DNA of 64,000 nucleotides from Octopus sinensis (lineage: Eukaryota): contig NC_042997.1 in the NCBI RefSeq assembly GCF_006345805.1, forward strand, positions 100,936,001 through 101,000,000, given 5' to 3'. The first letter of the stretch is position 1, and each line of letters opens with the position of its first letter. This document shows, one piece after another, positions 23,969 through 35,382 of the stretch. The notes under the pieces were generated by a model. It ran no database searches and was not told the DNA's origin. It saw only the letters and a program-made list of their open reading frames with translations. Made by a program: the position numbers and the translations under genes.

Positions 23969-26900
23969 AACCACCACTATCAGTTCTGTCACAAAAACTG
24001 CTACTACCAACAATAATGTCACAGACAAACTAAATAATTTTGCTTCTGTTTTAAAGCAAAAGAAATATTTAATGTTCTCAACTGAAGAATTTCCACAATG
24101 TAAACAATTATTATACAAAGAAGACAAAACCATTAAACTGAACACATCACAAAGCATATTGCAAGACATCCCCCCCCCAAAAAAACAAACTATTATTTAC
24201 AAAACCCCGAACAAAAAAAAAAAAAGATTAGAACAGGTCACTCAAGAAACAGTTGAGAAATGTCTACAGCCCATATGGGTTTTTAAAACATATATTGCAA
24301 GAGGCAAAAGATTTGCTATGATCGAGGTAAGATTTGATACGGAAGGACGCGCAAAGGAACACTCGACAAAAGCCTAGAATGCGGGGAATTTATAATGATT
24401 CCTTCTTACCACGGTCGTCGGGTGACAAAGGTAAAAATTAAAGATGTGCCCCCTGAAATAGAAATAAGATGGCTGGTGTCAGCCATCTGTTATGATTTTG
24501 TAGATCAAACCAACATCTTAGAAATTGCAGCCCTGGAACAACAAAATTGGATTGGACAGGGATTTGATTTGTTGACTCAGGCAAATCAGGAGACAATCGA
24601 AAATCTCTCAGATTTGATTCAACTTCCAGATAGCCCAACCACACACGTAGCCGTTGAAGGCAGAAGGCCACGCTGCTACGTTTGTGGTAGCAGATATCAA
24701 CTCAAAAAAGACTACCAATTAGCAAAAGAAGAAGAAGAAGAAGAAGAAGAAGAAGAAGAAGAAGAAGAAGAAGAAGAAGAAGAAGAAGAAGAAGAAGAGC
24801 AGGAACAACAGCAAAATCAAAAACCGAAAGGCAAATCAGCACTGCTACCCATACCACTAGCAACACAACTGATAAAGCAAATGAAAGAGCTCTCCCAACC
24901 AAGAAGCCAGCCCAGCCAAACACCACTATTATCAGCGCCAACAAGTACAGAGACAACATCATCATCACCAACAACAACAACTACAGAAGCATCCAGCCTA
25001 GAGGGAAAAAAGGAAAAAACTAAATCCCCATCCCCAACAACCCATACATCACATCCCAATAACCATCAACCAACACCAACAACAGCAATAACAACAACAA
25101 CACACTCACAAATCGATCCCAATACTTTCCCCCTCTTTTCTGATTCCTCCGACATGTCGTTTGAAGAAGGTGGTACAGAAGAATGGCAAATAGTCACAGG
25201 TGGGGGAGAAGAAAAAGGGGAGAGAAAAGAAGAGACACGCAATCCAACAAAGTAGGGAGGTTCACCACTCCCGAGAACAAAACTTCCGCACAAAATAAAA
25301 ACATCACCAACACTACGAACATAAAACAAGGAATGGCCCCCACAATGTTGACAGCAATAAACGCAAACAATTCAGACCTAATGCAATACATTAGGTCAAA
25401 CACCAACATAACACAAGACAATGTCAAAACAAATAATCACCTACGCACAACACCACCACAACACATAAAAAATCCTACACGTGACACAAAACACACACAA
25501 CACACTGAAATCTCTCTATCCTGATGCAGTAAGGAGATTTCAAAAGTACTTATCAAAAACTAAAGTACAAAAACCTCCTGAGAGAAGATTGTGAGGAGGA
25601 GAACAACCAACTTTCGAACAGTAAGTGACTCTCTCTCTTTCTCTCTCTCTCATTCTTTTCCTTTTCCTTTCGTGTGTAAAGTACAAATTTCGATAGGAAC
25701 ATGCTTAGAATAGGTTGTATAAATGTGTGTGGCTTGGGATCGCCTTGGAAATAAGGCTACCTGTTAAATGACATCAAGTCACAGAATGTGCATATTATAG
25801 CCATCAGCGAGGCCAGACTCCATAACCCACGGGCTCTCCAGCACATGTTCAGCGGACAATTTGACATTTATTTTTCTCCGTGTCTACTGAGAATGGGTGG
25901 AGGTGGTACTGCGGTGCTTTTTCGGAAGAGTCTGGACCTCAAAGTAAGAGCAATATTCCTAGACCCAGAGGGTAGGCTGGTCGTCTCGGATGTCGATGGC
26001 AGTAATGAGTGTGCTCTTCGACTGATAACAGTTTATGTACTGTCCTTAACAGGTCGATTTCTATCGACGTCTAGAAGTTTCCCTGGGAACGTCTCGACCT
26101 TTCCTTTTAGTGGGAACGCTGCCTTGGACACGCACCTAGACGACGTGGGTAGAGATAGGAATAGGAGGGGATATAAATGCCTCAAAGACTTGCTAAGACG
26201 TTTCCAACTGTCTGACAGGTACCAACTGGACCATCCGAATGTACCAATGTGAACATGGAGTAACCGCATCGGGTCGTCCAGATCGTATTTAGATAGAGTA
26301 TTCTGAAGGACAGTGGATAGGGATAGTGTAGGTTGTCCATAATTTCATATAATCAGCTACACAGATCACAAATTTGTGACTTGTACGCTTGACTTAGATA
26401 AGAATCATAGGCAAGGTCCCGGTTAATGGAAACTGAACGCGTCGTTCACGGCGCGACTGGCTTACAAAGACCGGATTAGCACATTAGTTAAGAGGGCATT
26501 GACGGGAACCATCGTCAACAACAGATGGTGGTATGCCCTAAAGAAAGCAATTAAAGCAGAATCGGTTAGGTATAGTAAGGCTCTAGCGATAGACCGAAAC
26601 AGAATAGAGGGAGACCTAGTTAAAAAATTAGAAGAGGCACTTGGAAGTGACATCGCGTCCAACGTGCTGATAGGGAGGTTGGCCCTCGAGCAACATTTCA
26701 ACGCCAAAAACGAAGGATGCGTTGTCAGCTAGGATACGTGCTCTGAGAAATGAAGGATTAGGCCGAGAGGCCTAAGTGGTGAAGGCGCAACGAGGCAACA
26801 AAATCACAATGACAGATGAACAGGGGCGCGCATTACTCGAGCCCGAAGAATGTGTGAGGCCTTTCAACAGCACTTTGTCCGACTGTTCGGAACAACTGGT

Positions 26901-28320
26901 GGGTCAGAACGCAGAGTGGACTTTAGTGCCTACCTGTATGGCCTGTCACAACTTTCGGCAAGAGAGGCGGAGTGCTGTGAAAGACCTATCACAGCCGCAG
27001 AGTACAGGGTGTGATAGTTGGCTGTGCAGGAGACATGTCGCCAGGCTTCGATGGTCTTCCCCACGAGCTTTATTGTCATATGCCAGACTTGTTTAGAGGC
27101 GTCTTGGCAGCAGTCTACTGCAACTAGCAGCAAAACGGGAGTATCCCCAGTTTTGTGAGCCGAGGAGCGGTGGAACTGCTAAAGAAAGATCTAAACAAGG
27201 GGAACGTTATAGATAACTTCAGACCCATCACTCTGCTCAACGCAAATTTGAAGATTTTGGCCAAGGTGCTAGCCGAAAGGTTGGCGGTTGTCATCGAGAA
27301 ACTGGTCGACAAGCTGCAAACATGCACCGTGCTGGACAGGAGTATCCATGACCACCTCCATCTGATGCGCTACATCATAGACAGGGAAGTTATGGAACCT
27401 GGCATGAGTAGGGTGCTGATCAATTTGGATTAGAGCGGCTGGTTTCGGTCCCGTCTTCCGCGGTTGGATCGCTGCCTTGTATAGCGGCATCCGCTCGGTA
27501 GTTCGCATAAATGGTCATCCATCAAAACCATTTAACATCACGTGTTCGGTCCATCAAAGATGCCCCCACGCGTCGTTTCTCTACGTATTGACTCTGGAGC
27601 AACTACTGCGGAAGCTGGCGACGCTGAGGGGCATTACACGAGAACTGGGATGCGAGAGGAGCATGTCTGCATACGCGGACGACGTCTCTGTCATAGTGCC
27701 GAGCCACAGGCATATCGACCTGGTGGGCGGGACACTAAAAGAATAAGAAGCGGTAACGGGAGCAAAAATTAACCCGGAAAAGTCAGTGGTCTTGCGACTC
27801 GGCACCTGGAAAAGGAAGCCCATGCTCCCCAACAGCATCTCCATCGTGGGACACTGGACTGATGAACCAGTTAAATTGCCGAGCGTCTGATTCGGACCAG
27901 ATCTTCAAAAAGAGAAGAACTGGGACGAGATAACGAATAGGGTGGCCACTCTCACCCAACAATGGGCCAAGAGGAAGCTATCTCTAAAATGTTGGGCGGA
28001 GGTAGCGAACGCGTTCATCGCATTCGTCATCTATTACCGTCCGACCCTACCATGACCAAACTGGAACGCACACTCTTCCGCTTTTTGTGGTTAGGCGATC
28101 CATTTGCTGTCAACACCCGCTAAATGGAGGGCTGGGCATGCCGTGGTTAATGATGTGCAAACATGCGTTGAGACTGCGACATCTCCGGCGCTTCATACAC
28201 GACGTTGAACAGGTGTGATCGCCGTTTGTGAGACGCGCTTTCCCGCAACTCGTCTCTTTGGCCGAACTGCAGTCATGGATCAAACAGAGACCGAGGTTAG
28301 GCGAATGGCACGAGGAAGCG
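23969..28320 (+). mobile_element. Tx1/L1-clade LINE, ORF1 and decayed ORF2 (APE endonuclease and RT)
   Basis: ORF1 has VAVEGRRPRCYVCGS (degenerate zinc knuckle) and poly-Glu. ORF2 starts MLRIGCINVCGL at about 25700 and includes ISEARL, FRPITLLNANLKILAKVLAERL and SAYADDV. Many stops. Confidence 0.88.
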
Positions 28321-28351
28321 ATACTACTGTATTGCACTATTTAATAATTTC

Positions 28352-28384
<33 letters not shown>

Positions 28385-28385
<1 letters not shown>

Positions 28386-28995
28386 CTGCTGCCCACTGTG
28401 GTCTCCTCACACAAGACAAAACATCTCCAGAATTGAGTCACCCCAGAGGGCTCTCACTAAACAAATTGAAGGCATGGCTGCTCTCGATTATTGGGATCGC
28501 CTTAAAGCCTTGAAACTTTACTCCCTCCAGCGTCGCCGTGAGTGGTACATCATTTGTACGATGTGGAAAATATACCGCCAACTTTGCCCAAACGACCTAA
28601 ACATTAGCTTCAAGGTTCATCCAAGACTTGGACCACGGGCTATACGTCCCCTGCCAAATTCAAGATCACAACATACATGTACACTGCAACATAATTTCTT
28701 TTCCTCAACAGGCCCTGCCCTATTTAACATTGTCCCGAGGGAGATCAAAGAGGAAAAGGATCCCATCAACTTTAAACAGAGTCTGGATAGATTCCTTCAA
28801 AGAATACCAGATAAGCCACCCATAATTGGATACAACTCACCCAACAAGAACTCACTACTTGAACAAAACTTGACTTAAACAAAACTTGACTTAAACAGGA
28901 TTCGAATAATCCTATCAGGTGGTGCTATTAAGTTAGACATGGCCTGGACCAATCTTTGGTCGAAACATATCTAAGTTTATCTAAGTCTAAGTTTA
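28385..28995 (+). mobile_element. CR1/L2-group LINE 3' fragment
   Basis: ESPQRALTKQI..LDYWDRLKALKLYSLQRRRE.YII..WKI, followed by a 3' UTR stem-loop and a (CTAAGT)n-like tail. Confidence 0.75.
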
Positions 28996-28997
28996 TA

Positions 28998-29182
28998 TAA
29001 GGGAGAATTCACAAAAAAAACAAAACAAAACAAAAGAGGAAGACAAGTGGTGTAGACAACGAACAGATGTATTAGTTTAACGCTCGGGAAATGAAAAAGT
29101 CTTTAACGTTTCGAGCCTACGCTCTTCCACAGAAAGGAACACAGAAGGAAACAAGGAGAGAAAATAAAGAATGTGTAGTGGC

Positions 29183-29183
<1 letters not shown>
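28998..29183 (-). mobile_element. Solo PLE pLTR fragment, related subfamily (HHR core CUGUGGA at about 29103-29136)
   Basis: Reverse complement reads ctttctgtggaagagcgtaggctcgaaacgttaaagac. Flanked by (TA)n. Confidence 0.8.
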
Positions 29184-29241
<58 letters not shown>

Positions 29242-29303
29242 ATATATTGGTAAAAACGGTAAGATAACGAAAGAAAGAAATATTATGTAAATAGAGGAAA
29301 TTT

Positions 29304-29387
29304 ATCTGTAAATTAATATGTGATCATTATTAATAGCCAAGGTTTTATCTTGGCTATTGAATAATGGTCACATATTAATTTACAGAT
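29304..29387. repeat. Near-perfect 38/39-bp hairpin with 7-nt loop
   Basis: atctgtaaattaatatgtgatcattattaatagccaag / cttggctattgaataatggtcacatattaatttacagat: one G-U pair and one bulge. Confidence 0.9.
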
Positions 29388-29439
29388 ATATATGTAGCTG
29401 TATGATATTAGCTTCATTCTATAAATCACCGATTTTCCT

Positions 29440-30600
29440 TACTACTGTTAAACAGTTTTATCATCATACATATTATTGGCTCCCCCCCTACTTTTATTAA
29501 GCCAGATATGATTGCATCGTTTCCTAGAGATCTGCAGCTTTACTTTTTTCTTTTATGCTTTTACTGTTCCCTCAAGTATAAGCGGTAGTTCCTTTTGGTT
29601 GATTGATATTTGATTCACCATTTGATAGTCTTTTGTCGAATTATATTGCTCCCGATAAAAGCATATCTTTAATGTCTCAGTTCTATCTTGTGATAAATCT
29701 ACATTTCATTTTTTCACTTCGAATATTCTATTTTGTTCTTTCTTTTTGTTTTTATTTTGGGATTTTCATACTCACCACAATCTTTACTACCATCTTTTTG
29801 TTTCTCCATTTCTGTTTCCTTGATTTCTATTGTCTTTATGATTCTGAGATTTCTACCTTTTCTTAAACAACTTTAGTTCTTTATTTTTCAGCTCATTTCT
29901 TCTGCCTTCATGTTTGCCCTTTTATCCAGTTCTTTTGCCCAATTTTCTATTTGTTGTCATAGGCACCAACTCCTCTGCTGTTGTCATTCCAGTGTTTGTT
30001 ATGTTTTCTCTTTCTTAACATGACATTTCTAAATCCATTTTTGCCTCTCTCTCTCTTTCTCCCTCTCTCCAACCCCTCTCTTTCATTCTCTTCTAGCAGA
30101 TCTTTTTATCTTGCAGTTTTCACATATTTATTCTATTTTCTTTTTGTTATTTATCATCTTTATAGTCTTGCTAATTTTCCGTTCATAGTAATTTTTGCCT
30201 CAACCATTTTATAGATACTTCCTATACCAATTCTTTTGAGAAGGCTACATTCCTAAATAATGACTTTGACTAGTAAAGATAAAATCTAATTTCTCATTTA
30301 ACTATTTGGACTTCCCTATATCCCAAAACCAATCCACTTTTCTTAAACCAAATGTTTCCGATCACTAGATTTTGTTTAATAGCAAAATCTACCAACGGTT
30401 ACCCCGTATCAATTTTCTTCCTACAGCCAAATGTACCAATTGTGTTCTCTTCCCATGTTTTTGTTTCTCCACTTCAGCGGTACTACATACTTAGATTTAT
30501 TATCGTCTATTGCAGGGGTTTTCAACAATTTTTTTTATCTATGGACCCTTTTGGATTACTATTTTATTCTGGTTGACCCCCTTAGCCGTTCGATGTTTTA
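29440..30600 (-). mobile_element. Decayed RTE-clade LINE (endonuclease to RT start)
   Basis: Minus-strand remnants VDFAIKQNLVIGNIWFKK...SPN, LDFIFTS, MVEAKI and DAIISGLIKVGG. Confidence 0.6.
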
Positions 30601-31057
30601 AACCTAATTTTATAGATATTTCTTTCAAAATTTCTATTTTGTTTTTCACACGTTAACGTGTTTAAGTTGAACTATGTAAAATGTTAATAAAAACCTCGTA
30701 GCTGTTTCTAGCAATAAATACATTTAAAGCAAAATTTTTTCACGGGCCTTTAAAATACTACTGTGGATCCTTAATTTATTATTTTGTTGCATGGACTCCC
30801 AAAAATCATATATGGACTCCTGGTTGAGAACCACCGGTTTATTACTTTCTTTACCTCTTCGTACCTTTTTATGTCTCCATCTTCTTAGTCTATTGTAGTT
30901 GCATTCACCTGTATACCTGTCCTGATCTCGCCACTCCGAAGATGCAACTGTATATTGACGACTCTATTCAAATATGATCTGTACATAATTCCCCCCCACA
31001 TCACAATAAGAATCTTATTTTCTGAACTTGTCTCTGTTTTCTGTTTTTCCAACATTA

Positions 31058-31569
31058 CGGTAAATCCTCGAGTATAACCCGCATTTTTTCCCCAAAATTT
31101 AATGGTCTAAATCCCTAGTGCGTACTATATACGAGGTTAAAAATGAAGAATATTTTCTAAGCAATATCCGAGTCTCTATTTGCTGTCCGGCAATGTTTAT
31201 TCATACGCATTTTGTGATGTCGGGTGCGAAAATACCTTAAGCTAAGCCTGAAAGCAATGAAGTCATAAAAGAATTATCCATAACTTGCAGTAAGCAACAT
31301 TTATTAAACGTTATTACTGTTATTTCTTTATTTTCTGCAAGCAAATTGCACAAAAAAGCTACACGTTTGCATTATGTTATATGTACAATAATAATAAAGG
31401 ACGTTACCGTATACATTTTTACAAACCAAGGACGTTATATAGACCTCCTTGACTCATGTTAGAGAAGGAGTGCGTATTATACACAAGGTTTAGATTTTTC
31501 AGAGGTACAGCCCCCTAAAAATCCCCTGCATATTATACTCAAGAGCGGACTATACTCGAGGATTTACCG
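31058..31569. mobile_element. pogo/Tc1-mariner-type MITE
   Basis: TIRs CGGTAAATCCTCGAGTATA / TATACTCGAGGATTTACCG. Left flank TA, right flank TT. Confidence 0.8.
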
Positions 31570-31599
31570 TTTATAACCAGGAAGGACGCTCACATTTAA

Positions 31600-32100
31600 T
31601 TTTGTCATATCTTCACCCACTCTCTTAGTTTCTGAATGTTCATTGAGTTCCCAGTTTAGCAAACGTAATTTTTCTAGCATTTAATCGAAGTCTATTTCTT
31701 TCATTAAAGATGTCGTGTGTAGTAACGCGTTACTGATATTCCCGGGCTTCCTTCGGATTTGGCTGTGTAGTTTCATCTCTAGGTCGCGTCTATGCTTACT
31801 TGACATGTCCAGTTACGCCCATTGGCTTCACAGCCTTTTCTATTATCTTTTCCTTAACCTTTTTACTCTATGGATTTTTGGCAATGGATTGCAGTTGCCC
31901 CAGGTGTAGCAGTCGGCCTTTCGGCTTTCAACTCGCTGCTTCATACGCAGTCTCTGAGGACTACCTCTCTTTACCAGGGTTGGCTTCATATGTTCTCTTG
32001 GGGTTTCATGAAGTAAATCTGTTCCATTCTATATATCATTTAATGGTACAAAAATGTAGAGTTGGTTAGAGATTAGATACTTCAGAGTTTAATATGAACC
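31600..32100 (-). mobile_element. Possible 5' part of a decayed LINE
   Basis: Minus-strand KLRLLNW-like endonuclease start. Weak. Confidence 0.3.
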
Positions 32101-32984
32101 TTTTTTCAGTGAGGGAGTCAAGTGTTTCTCGCTAAATGATGATCGCTAGAATTGCGGTAATCTATTTTTAGAGAAGTTATATCGCTTTTATAACCATATT
32201 CCATAATCGATTTGTCTTCTCTATTTGACGCTTGCTTTATTCTATTGGAATGAGTTGCGTGGTTAGACATAATTTAATCCTTAACTGATAGGTATCTATC
32301 GGAAAAGAGAAATCCATTACGATGTGAAAACTCATTCTTAATACGTTCCAGCAGACTAGAACGTGAACATGGCTTTTCACTGTTGGATTTCATCTCGGAG
32401 ACAATGTAAGTAGAACAATCAGTTCAAGTGACGTCAGTAGTCTATCAGACACCAGTGTTTCGGTATAGTTATTGCCTCCTCAGTGATGGGTGCCACTCGG
32501 TTCTGTGGAACTAGACGGAAACAATTGCTTCTATTTAAAGGAATCAGCAAACATACCATTTGCTAATACCTACAAAGGCCTGTAATGCTGATATTAAATT
32601 ATTATGAGTACGCAAAATAGTGAGGAACGAAACTGGTGTTTGTAACCATTCTTTATACAACCTGGCAAACTTGAACATGAAGAATAGAGCAATAAATATT
32701 GTTACCACTTTCTGGTGATATAATAAGAGAACAAGGATGAGAACTCACCTTGAACAGTCGATTCATTATAAAGACTGAACTAGACTCGATTATAGTTGCA
32801 AATCACAAATTGTAGTTTCAAATCAGAAAAACACATCAGCAAATATTTTCTATTCGCATTCTTGTTTTTCCTAGTGTTCTTTGTTTAAATTCCACCATTT
32901 AGAATTTAGATACTGTCCGTACTTTATTTCTATGTTTTTGGACTCGATCTTAAACATTAGCAGCCAATAAAATGTATAGTATAT

Positions 32985-33302
32985 CAGCAGTTCCCAATTT
33001 TTTTGCACAACGGACCAATTTCATGCAAGACAATTCTTCCGTGGACCGGGTGATCATGTGCATTAGAAATTTATCGTGCACGAAAAGAAAAACAAAAACA
33101 AAACAAAGAAACAAAAAATGTGACTTTGATAAGTGCAGGAAAGAGGCACAGACGGATGTGGTAATTTTTAAAAATAAAACACCACTACGCGAAAATCAAT
33201 AAAATAAAAATAAATTTTAAAATTTTATCCTTTCTATGTGGCCCAGTACCAAATGATTCATGGTGTGGTACTGGTCCGCGATTTAGGGGTTGAGGATTCC
33301 TG
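32985..33302. mobile_element. hAT (Charlie-type) MITE
   Basis: CAG...CTG termini and a perfect 8-bp TSD TAGTATAT (32977-84 and 33303-10). Confidence 0.9.
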
Positions 33303-34460
33303 TAGTATATCCACGACAATATATATTATAACCACCTCCATATCTGTTAAATTATATTCATTTAAAAGTGTATTTGCTTGGTTGATAGGTGGGTTAAAGA
33401 CTGTGAGACAAACATTCAAATTTAAAAATATTAAAGTATTGAAAAAGAAATTGTCAGAAAATGCTGAAATACCATTATGAAGAGCCACTTCTATAATTAC
33501 GATATTAAAAATACTCCAATTCAGAGTAAATATTCCATATGATAATTAAAGCTGTTTATATGATTTAGCAACACCGATAGGAGCTGTCATTGGAATTCCT
33601 TCGGATTCCACTGCAGAACTTCATTAGCAGACACAAAACTGTGATCAAGCATTTATTTTTTTTATTCTTGAAGAATGTAAGTTGGTGTGCTAAAAATAAA
33701 TCTTAAATTAGAAAAGTAATTGCTTTATAATTTATTTGTTTGTAAAATTGATGCAAATAATTTAAACGCTCAGATTCATAAAAAGACCCCATAATTCCGA
33801 CAAAAATAAAATTTTTACAGGAGACATTTTAAACAAAAGAGCAAAATGTTTGAATGATTTCAATTGTATCAAATAATGTCCATTCAATTCATTGATATTT
33901 TTCGAAGAAAAGCAAATTATCCCAAAAAATTAAAATTGAAGAAGTTTTTAAAGTTTTATAATCCGAATATTACACTGTGTAACGAAATTTTATTTATTTT
34001 ATTGTTTTTGGTCAGTAAGTGTTATTTTCTGTTTGCTTCTACCTAGATATCAAAGGAAATGGCTGCTATTCTCTTCAAACTTTACTTTTGTTACCTGGAC
34101 ATCAAGGTTTTGAAACTGACCTATTTTCTATTACATTTCAGACAGATTCAGCGCTGAGCTCTGCTGAAACAGAAATGTCGTTATAGCAAATATTCTGCTC
34201 GATACCACATATTTGTTTGTCAGTTGCTTGATGTTAACCACTTGAGCATGCCCCTTAGTGGCTGACAATATGTGCACCTCTAATTATGAGCAGGAGTGGC
34301 GCGGGGAGCAACATAATCAGGTGATGAGAAAGGTTCTTCAGGCTTTGAACAAATGTAACAAAAGCAAAGTTTGAAGGAAATATTAGCCCTTTTTCTTGCT
34401 TTCCAGGGTTAAGCAAATGAGAAATAAAAGTTGCTACCCAAGGACAAAAAATGTGTTACA

Positions 34461-34492
34461 CATTATTATTATCAATGTTATTATTATTATTA

Positions 34493-34540
<48 letters not shown>

Positions 34541-34611
34541 GATTATTATCATTATCATTATCATATTATTATTATCATCATTATTATTATATCATTATTA
34601 TTATTATATTA

Positions 34612-34653
<42 letters not shown>

Positions 34654-34771
34654 CATTATTATTATTATTATTATTATTATATTATTATTATTATTATTAT
34701 TATATCATTATTATCATTATCATTATCATTATATTATTATCATCATTATTATTATTATTATATTATTATTA

Positions 34772-34813
<42 letters not shown>

Positions 34814-35064
34814 CATTATTATTATTATTTATTATTATTATTATCTTATTTTATTATTATTTATTATTATCATTATTATCATTATCATTTCATATTATAT
34901 CATCATATTATATTATTATCATTATTATTATCATATCATTATTATATTATCATCATTATTATTATTATTATCATCATTATTATTATATATCATCATTATT
35001 ATATTATTATATTATTATTATTATTATTATCATTATTATATATATTATCATTATTATTATTACA

Positions 35065-35113
<49 letters not shown>

Positions 35114-35222
35114 CATTATTATTATTATATTATACTATTATTATATTATTTTATTACATTATATTATTATTATTATTATTATTATTATCATTATTATTAT
35201 ATTATTATTATTATCATCATTA

Positions 35223-35276
<54 letters not shown>

Positions 35277-35323
35277 CATTATTATCATTATCATTATTAT
35301 TATTATCATCATTATTATTATTA

Positions 35324-35379
<56 letters not shown>
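34461..35379. repeat. About 920-bp (TAT/CAT)n compound microsatellite
   Basis: Direct reading. It is contiguous with the 3' tail of the adjacent R4/Dong element. Confidence 0.97.

Positions 35380-35382
<3 letters not shown>

Noticed and set aside
25624-25697. GTAAGT and pyrimidine tract between Tx1 ORF1 and ORF2, a possible fusion intron
   Set aside because: Splicing to the nearest AG leaves an in-frame TGA upstream of the ORF2 ATG, so no fusion results.
28933-28974. GACC-loop-GGTC-GAAAC, resembling HHR helix II and core
   Set aside because: Only CUG precedes the stem, with no ANGA and no third helix. It is better explained as the LINE 3' UTR stem-loop (TTAGACATG/CATATCTAA).
32743-32766. 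Minus-strand ATG-AAT-CGA-CTG-TTC-AAG/GTGAGT, a possible first coding exon
   Set aside because: The nearest acceptor leads to a stop after 12 codons, and there is no other support.
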